Assembly: GCA_964016885.1 (NCBI GenBank) | Contig: OZ024740.1 | Span: forward strand, 91,636,001-91,700,000 | Length of the DNA stretch: 64,000 nt | Direction: 5' to 3' | From: Eledone cirrhosa | Lineage: Eukaryota | Translations under genes and position numbers: made by a program | The notes under the pieces: generated by a model | Database searches by the model: none | Told to the model about the DNA's origin: nothing | Seen by the model: only the letters and a program-made list of their open reading frames with translations | Part shown: in pieces, positions 56,210-64,000 of the stretch | Numbering within the stretch: the first letter of the stretch is position 1 | Layout of the letters: each line of letters begins with the position of its first letter

Positions 56210-56760
56210 CTAAATTAGTAAAGTAATAGTGTTATCAAACAATGACTTAGCTGTTGATTGGTCTAATAACAGGCGCTCCAAGGACCCACTAAATACTTTT
56301 AAACGACAAACCGTTTGAGAGCGGAATGACCAGAGACACCAAATAAATAACCACCCCACTTCACGGGGCTCCTTCCTTAAGCGGACCACTGTGTTTCCGA
56401 CTTTAAGGAGTAAGTAAGCAGTACGGGGACCAAGAACACCGATAGTAAGCGGTCGATCACTCACAATTATTGAATTATCTTTCTCTCCACAGCACTGCCA
56501 ATAGAAGCCCGCATTGCTGGCCGAAGCGATGAGTTTAGCGGCGGAGAAAGAGTGGCTGAAAGTGTGGCCAAAATTAATGATGTGTACCCTCAGGAGATAA
56601 GCTTGATAAACCGTCGGAGCGGGTGCCAACGCCACGATCCAAGCCAACCAGCCCCAATTGTGAGCTCCTTCTGATGATGTTCAGAGGACCGAATGACGAA
56701 ACAACATTCAAAGCATATATAATTACAGACATAGCCATATAAATGTATGTTTACATACAT
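56210..56760 (+). mobile_element. Probable solo pLTR fragment with a decayed HHR-like motif at 56663-56714
   Basis: GC-richer island ending at (CA)n(TA)n. Motif CTGATGA-TGTTC..GAATG-AC-GAAA-CAACAT-TC-AAAGC has poor stems I and III. Confidence 0.4.
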
Positions 56761-56881
<121 letters not shown>

Positions 56882-57394
56882 GGCGAGGACTTCGTGTGTG
56901 TGTGTGTGTGTGTATGCTAGCATTCACCCTTTGTAATAATTAAGTTTATGTTAGTAAATATACAATGCTAGTAAGCTGTCCACTGAACGTAAAGGTCTAC
57001 GCTGGAAGCCTAATTTAATATCAATTTATATAGCTCAGCACACACTGATACCCATAATAGGATCTGAAAAACAGATATAATTATTTTTCATACCTCCACA
57101 ATATATAGCGAGCAACGTCTCTGAAAAGCCTCCGTATATCATTCTATAGTCATAATATAATATCATTTCATGAATTTGAAGAGAAGATAACACGTAATCG
57201 CCTGATAGGAGAACAGAAAATCTGCTCTCACGTGGAATAGTTTAAGCTGATTAAAATATTCCATAGTCATGTAAATGCAATACCTAATTAATTCGATTCC
57301 AACTAGATATTCTAGCCAAAGATTTCGAAGAATATTAAATATCTTAGATAGTTCATTCAATATATATCAATCACGCAGACACAAATGTATACAA

Positions 57395-57429
<35 letters not shown>

Positions 57430-58774
57430 ATATATATTTATATTTATATATATATAGGGAGACACAAAGAAGGCTTTGTTTATAAACGGCTAGCAAATTT
57501 GAAAATTAGGTTGTAAGCATGTGCATACGTCGTATTTGACATGAAATTAGTCAAGCGCTTTAATAACCATGCTTTTTATCCATTCAGAGGTTTTTCTTTT
57601 AAATCCCAACTAACAGACTAATTGTATGTAGTCAATTACGGCGTAAGCCCATGTTACTACGTATTTTATATATATATATATATATATATATGGGGGGGGG
57701 GGGGCTGTATGTGAGTGAGTATGCATATATATCATACAAGTGTGCGCGTATGTGTATATATGAGATTATGAGATTATATGTAAAAGAAAAAAAAATATTA
57801 TCACCCTTATTCTTTCATTCCAACGTTTCAACGTTTCTATATTAATGTGAGCTCAATTGTTGATGTTAAATGAAATCTGAAATACAAAGTGCGGGGCAAT
57901 ATTTCCTACACAGAGCATGATAAATATTGAGATACTATAAAAAAGAAAGCATGAGTTAATCTAAGCCTTCAAAGACAAATCGCAATGTAAATCAATATTC
58001 AATGGTTCTGAAAAATACACATTATGGAACGCAAATCGTTATATTTATGAGAAATATGTATAAACAGGTTTGAAAAGTGTGACAGATAAAGATGTGTATA
58101 CAAACATAATCACGCGCGCACAGACGCATACATAAACGCACACATATACGTATGACTGATATACGTATATATATATAAATATATATATGTATATATATAT
58201 GTGTTCGTAGGTGTGCACTTACGGTAATATTTAGGTGAAGTATTTAATCGAATAGTTCCTCACATTTTCATATCCATACATACATACATATGCTTATATA
58301 TTCAATTGTATATTTATTTACGACGCCTGGGGCATGAAATTTGTAGAATACCTATTGTATATCTATATATCTCTTAAAGCATTTTAACACAGTCTCTTTT
58401 AATATAATATTATATTCAATTCTTATATCAATATGTTATTGATTCATAATATATAATTCAAAGAGTGTATCAAAACAGATTATTAATCATTTTATAATAA
58501 TATATAAATATATGTTTCTCATATTTATTTCAGGATATATGTTATTAGAACTTCAAAAGAGGAATTTCCATCTGGATCTTTTATGCAAATATTTGACACC
58601 ATAGAGATTATCGTAGAAAACGATTTCTTATTAATTTATATTGCCTGGCATAGAATATCAAAATCATTATTAAAATTAATAGGAAGAGAAAACAATTCAT
58701 GCGTCACAAATTGCATATTTAGAAATGATATACGAAATAATTGTACTTAAGACTGTAAGATAACTACTTATACC

Positions 58775-58836
<62 letters not shown>

Positions 58837-59213
58837 TTGAAAAAAATGAAAACGAAATTTCATTTCTCACTCTTAGTGTGGCACTTACTTAAATGTAAGT
58901 ATGTATGTATACGTACATACACATATGTATACAAACGTACAGTAGCACGCATATATATATACATATATGTAACAATATATTTAGAAACACACAGATACAT
59001 GCGGACACACACATATATACATGAATGCATCCGCACCCAACTGTGAGTTAAGGGTGCCAACTTCACCGATGTTGCTCAATGAATGACCGGGACAGACCAA
59101 TTCAGTTGAACTAGACTGAACCAGTATCAGAGTTAAAAATACATTATGAAGAGAGAAGAAACATTTAGATATAATTAGTAATAAAATGTATCATACCTAA
59201 ACTGCTCCTAAAT

Positions 59214-59303
59214 TCCTCGACTACGTAGTTTCGTGGCATAAACAAAAACAATATATCATAAAGACATAGAGTCCCTGCGAGGTCTGCCGACTTATCAAGA
59301 GGA
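59214..59303 (-). ncRNA. Type I hammerhead ribozyme with U3-A8 core variant (family B, copy 1)
   Basis: TCCTC-TTGATAA-GTCGGCA...TGCCAC-GAAA-CTACGTAG-TC-GAGGA. Confidence 0.8.
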
Positions 59304-59808
59304 TACCTCATTTTACTAGTCACAAGAACGCGTCTACACGACGTGAGAAAGAATCCCAAAAGGCGGAGGGGGAGATAGTCACGCGATATAACGGTCGAGA
59401 AACAGAGCTGAGCCTCTTATAATCACGAAGAAAATACCACGGAGGCGGAGGGGGTATTCATATCGAGGCCGCAGAAGAGGTGGTGAAGAAGGCTAGAAGT
59501 ATGAGTAATGGAAGCTTTCCAGGTGTCCCCACACTTCAAAGATTGCTCGACCAGAGGGAGTTATTAACAATATATTTAGAAACACACAGATACATGCGGA
59601 CACACACATATATACATGAATGCATCCGCACCCAACTTTGAGTTAAGGGTGCCAACTTCACCGATGTTGCTCAATGAATGACCGGGACAGACCAATTCAG
59701 TTGAACTAGACTGAACCAGTATCAGAGTTAAAAATACATTATGAAGAGAGAAGAAACATTTAGATATAATTAGTAATAAAATGTATCATACCTAAACTGC
59801 TCCTAAAT

Positions 59809-59898
59809 TCCTCGACTACGTAGTTTCGTGGCATAAACAAAAACAATATATCATAAAGACATAGATTCCCTGCGAGGTCTGCCGACTTATCAAGAGGA
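59809..59898 (-). ncRNA. Type I hammerhead ribozyme, U3-A8 (family B, copy 2)
   Basis: Same motif, offset +595. Confidence 0.8.
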
Positions 59899-60403
59899 TA
59901 CCTCATTTTACTAGTCTCAAGAACGCGTCTACACGACGTGAGAAAGAATCCCAAAAGGCGGAGGGGGAGATAGTCACGCGATATAACGGTCGAGAAACAG
60001 AGCTAAGCCTCTTATAACCACGAAGAAAATACCACGGAGGCGGAGGGGGTATTCATATCGAGGCCGCAGAAGAGGTGGTGAAGAAGGTTAGAAGTATGAG
60101 TAATGGAAGCTTTCCAGGTGTCCCCACACTTCAAAGATTGCTCGACCAGAGGGAGTTATTAACAATATATTTAGAAACACACAGATACATGCGGACACAC
60201 ACATATATACATGAATGCATCCGCACCCAACTGTGAGTTAAGGGTGCCAACTTCACCGATGTTGCTCAATGAATGACCGGGACAGACCAATTCAGTTGAA
60301 CTAGACTGAACCAGTATCAGAGTTAAAAATACATAATGAAGAGAGAAGAAACATTTAGATATAATTAGTAATAACATGTATCATACCCAAACTGCTCCTA
60401 AAT

Positions 60404-60493
60404 TCCTCGACTACGTAGTTTCGTGGCATAAACAAAAACAATATATCATAAAGACATAGAGTCCCTGCGAGGTCTGCCGACTTATCAAGAGGA
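60404..60493 (-). ncRNA. Type I hammerhead ribozyme, U3-A8 (family B, copy 3)
   Basis: Same motif, offset +1190. Confidence 0.8.
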
Positions 60494-60952
60494 TACCTCA
60501 TTTTACTAGTCTCAAGAACGCGTCTACACGACGTGAGAAAGAATCCCAAAAGGCGGAGGGGGAGATAGTCACGCGATATAACGGTCGAGAAACAGAGCTA
60601 ATCCTCTTATAACCACGAAGAAAATACCACGGAGGCGGAGGGGGTATTCATATCGAGGCCGCAGAAGAGGTGGTGAAGAAGGCTAGAAGTATGAGTAATG
60701 GAAGCTTTCCAGGTGTCCCCACACTTCAAAGATTGCTCGACCAGAGGGAGTTATTTACAATATATTTAGAAACACACTCTTCTGCGGCCTCGATATGAAT
60801 ACCCCCTCCGCCTCCGTGGTATTTTCTTCGTGGTTATAAGAGGCTTAGCTCTGTTTCTCGACCGTTATATCGCGTGACTATCTCCCCCTCCGCCTTTTGG
60901 GATTCTTTCTCACGTCGTGTAGACGCGTTCTTGAGACTAGTAAAATGAGGTA

Positions 60953-61042
60953 TCCTCTTGATAAGTCGGCAGACCTCGCAGGGTCTCTATGTCTTTATGA
61001 TATATTGTTTTTGTTTATGCCACGAAACTACGTAGTCGAGGA
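60953..61042 (+). ncRNA. Type I hammerhead ribozyme, U3-A8 (family B, inverted copy)
   Basis: TCCTC 60953-57, TTGATAA 60958-64, GAAA 61024-27, CTACGTAG 61028-35, TC 61036-37, GAGGA 61038-42. Confidence 0.8.
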
Positions 61043-61321
61043 ATTTAGGAGCAGTTTAGGTATGATACATTTTATTACTAATTATATCTAAATGTTTCTT
61101 CTCTCTTCATAATGTACATATATGTATATATATATATATATATACATATATACACATATGCATACAGGTACATATACATATATGCACGCATCAGATTAGC
61201 CGACGTTTATTATAACGCCGGCCGCTTTGTTCGTTTGTTTGTCAACAAAGCGAACAGCCTGAATTTATGCCATACGGTGTTAAGGGAACCACGTCACCTT
61301 TTTGTTCAACACTGACACAGG

Positions 61322-61366
61322 AACGATATACTAGTTTCAAGCTTGTTAGCTATCATCAGCACCGTT
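61322..61366 (-). ncRNA. Minimal type I hammerhead (family A)
   Basis: AACGGTG-CTGATGA-TAGCTAACAAGCTT-GAAA-CTAG-TA-TATCGTT. Confidence 0.82.
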
Positions 61367-61603
61367 TACCCATCTGCCAGATAGTTGAACGTTCGAAAGT
61401 ATATACTTTCCTTAGGAAAATTAACGGCTGAGCAGCCTAATTTGCATATTGAGTGAGTTAAATCGGTCAGGCATACCGAAAACGATAAGTTGAAAAAAAT
61501 GAAAACGAAATTTCATTTCTCACTCTTAGTATTGCACTTACTTATACGTAAGTATGTATGTATACGTACATACACATATGTATACAGACGTACAGTAGCA
61601 CGC

Positions 61604-61652
<49 letters not shown>

Positions 61653-61823
61653 TACACATATGCATACAGGTACACATACATATATGCACGCATCAGTTTA
61701 GCCGACGTTTATTATAACGCCGGCCGCTTTGTTCGTTTGTTTGTCAACAAAAAGAACAGCCTGAATTTATGCCATACGGTGTTAAGGCAACCACGTCACC
61801 TTTTTGTTCAACACTGACACAGG

Positions 61824-61868
61824 AACGATGTACTAGTTTCAAGCTTGTTAGCTATCATCAGCACCGTT
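61824..61868 (-). ncRNA. Minimal type I hammerhead (family A)
   Basis: AACGGTG-CTGATGA-TAGCTAACAAGCTT-GAAA-CTAG-TA-CATCGTT. Confidence 0.85.
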
Positions 61869-62094
61869 TACCCATCTGCCAGATAGTTGAACGTTCGAAA
61901 GTATATACTTTCCTTATGAAAATTAACGGCTGAGCAGCCTAATTTGCATATTGAGTGATCATTTTTTTCAACTTATCGTTTGCGGTATGCCTGACCGATT
62001 TAACTCACTCAATATGCAAATTAGGCTGCTCAGCCGTTAATTTTCATAAGGAAAGTATATACTTTCGAACGTTCAACTATCTGGCAGATGGGTA

Positions 62095-62140
62095 AACGGT
62101 GCTGATGATAGCTAATTAAGCTTGAAACTAGTACATCGTT
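62095..62140 (+). ncRNA. Minimal type I hammerhead (family A)
   Basis: AACGGTG-CTGATGA-TAGCTAATTAAGCTT-GAAA-CTAG-TA-CATCGTT. Confidence 0.85.
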
Positions 62141-62319
62141 CCTGTGTCAGTGTTGAACAAAAAGCTGACGTGGTTGCCTTAACACCGTAGGGCATAAATT
62201 CAGGCTGTCCGCTTTGTTGACAAACAAACGAACAAAGCGGCCGGCGTTATAATAAACGTCGGCTAAACTGATGCGTGCATATATGTATGTGTACCTGTAT
62301 GCATATGTGTATACATGTA

Positions 62320-62444
<125 letters not shown>

Positions 62445-62681
62445 GCGTGCTACTGTACGTCTGTATACATATGTGTATGTACGTATACATACATACTTAC
62501 GTTTAAGTAAGTGCCATTCTAAGAGTGAGAAATGAAATTTCGTTTTCATTTTTTTCAACTCATCGTTTTCGGTATGGCTGACCGATTTAACTCACTCAAT
62601 ATGCAAATTAGGCTGCTCAGCCGTTAATTTTCATAAGGAAAGTATATACTTTCGAACGTTCAACTATCTGGCAGATGGGTA

Positions 62682-62726
62682 AACGGTGCTGATGATAGCT
62701 AACAGGCTTGAAACTAGTACATCGTT
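62682..62726 (+). ncRNA. Minimal type I hammerhead (family A)
   Basis: AACGGTG-CTGATGA-TAGCTAACAGGCTT-GAAA-CTAG-TA-CATCGTT. Confidence 0.85.
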
Positions 62727-62897
62727 CCTGTGTCAGTGTTGAACAAAAAGGTGACGTGGTTGCCTTAACACGGTATGGCATAAATTCAGGCTGTTCGCTT
62801 TGTTGCCAAACAAACGAACAAAGCGGCCGGCGTTATAATAAACGTCGGCTAAACTGATGCGTGCATATATGTATGTGTACCTGTATGCATATGTGTA

Positions 62898-62960
<63 letters not shown>

Positions 62961-63016
62961 GCGTGCTACTGTACGTCTGTATACATATGTGTATGTACGT
63001 ATACATACATACTTAC

Positions 63017-63063
<47 letters not shown>

Positions 63064-63085
63064 GTATACAAATCAATACAATATA

Positions 63086-63163
63086 ATTACCTCATTACCA
63101 GAGGTTTCCCGAATGAGGCGAATACGAAAGAAACGTCTTCAATCGGTCGTCAGACGAGGCAAT
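63086..63163 (-). ncRNA. Type I hammerhead ribozyme, fully canonical core (family E, single copy, probable pLTR end)
   Basis: ATTGCCTCGT-CTGACGA-CCGA...TCGG-GAAA-CCTCTGG-TA-ATGAGGTAAT. 10-bp stem I. Lies ~25 nt from a (TA)n tract. Confidence 0.85.
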
Positions 63164-64000
63164 ATAAAACATGGGTAAATACTTGGAAAGTCTCATCAAG
63201 AAAAGCAAAAAAAAACAAAAATATATATAGACAAATGAATTAGAATATAAAATATATAAAAATATTTCAAGAAATATAGTTAGGTGTGTGTATATGTATC
63301 TATATACGCTCACAGATGTGCATATATGTGTATGCACATACGTATACGTATAGTGAAAAAGTGTGCGTAAATATATAATTTAGGGCAAATGTATATGTGT
63401 ATCTGTAATCTACAGACAGAATAGATACATCATAAGAATATGAAGGCGCGCGCATAAACACACCTACACACACGTACACTTATATGCGGCAGTAAAAGAG
63501 GTAAGGGAGTGTAATAAATAAGGGAAAGAATCAATCTCGATATATTTATAAAAATGGAACAATAATTTAGGAAGAAAAAAATAAAGAAAAGAAGACAAAC
63601 AAGGTACACGCATACACACACACGTATATCTCACAAAAGAAACGCAAAGATATACATGCTTATATACACACGCACACTTACACATCCATACGTTCGATAC
63701 GTACACACATACACACACACATACTTACACTCACGCATATTGACCTTTTTGCAATCACACGCATAAAAAAGAGGATGTAAAAAAAGGGGGAGAAGAAAAA
63801 AGAAACAAAACATAAAACCTAGATGTAAAACCACGGATATAAAGACACATACACATACACATATATATTTATATATATATATATATACACGCGCACATAC
63901 ATAGGGGCTCATGTACATATATAGAAAGTATACACACATTAAGGCGTTCAGACACATAGATACAGGGTGTAAAAAACTTGTGGATAAGTAAGTACAAATA

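Larger units (their letters stand above)
58972..61114. mobile_element. HHR-bearing family B: 3.0 tandem 595-bp units (58972-60777) plus an inverted partial unit (60778-61114); retrozyme-like
   Basis: Exact 595-bp periodicity with only a few SNPs between units. Candidate TSD TACATATATGTA at 58960-58971 and 61115-61126. Inserted within a family A unit. Confidence 0.9.

Noticed and set aside
58968-60760. 595-bp units read as tandem LTRs (TGTAA...TTACA)
   Set aside because: The initial TGTA belongs to the TSD-like flank, there is no PBS or PPT, and internal junctions read TTAACA. An HHR tandem array explains the structure better.
59165-61091. 64-aa ORF (MGFFLTSCRR...) repeated in each family B unit
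   Set aside because: It starts at TTG, has no recognisable domain, and is conserved only because the units are recent duplicates.

Overview
AT-rich eukaryotic genomic DNA, very dense in (TA)n/(TG)n microsatellites. The repeat content suggests an octopod cephalopod (inference). No intact host gene is recognisable. The window is a transposon mosaic: four decayed Penelope-like retroelements (PLE; RT + GIY-YIG), three Helitron remnants (one with a spliceosomal intron), a deleted Gypsy-like LTR element, tRNA-derived SINEs with TSDs, a MULE-like MITE and a mariner remnant. The main unannotated signal is non-coding. About 18 type I hammerhead ribozyme (HHR) motifs occur in at least five unrelated repeat families, with about 4 more decayed ones at PLE or pLTR ends. 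Most families have palindromic stem IIIs, are arranged as tandem arrays with an inverted partial copy, and sit in (TA)n tracts. A young 595-bp tandem array (58972-61114) carries HHRs with a compensatory U3-A8 core and is nested, with an apparent TSD, in the internal (TA)n tract of another ~500-bp HHR family. This looks like a nested set of PLE-mobilised, retrozyme-like (possibly circular-RNA-producing) elements. All folds were read by eye and none is experimentally verified.
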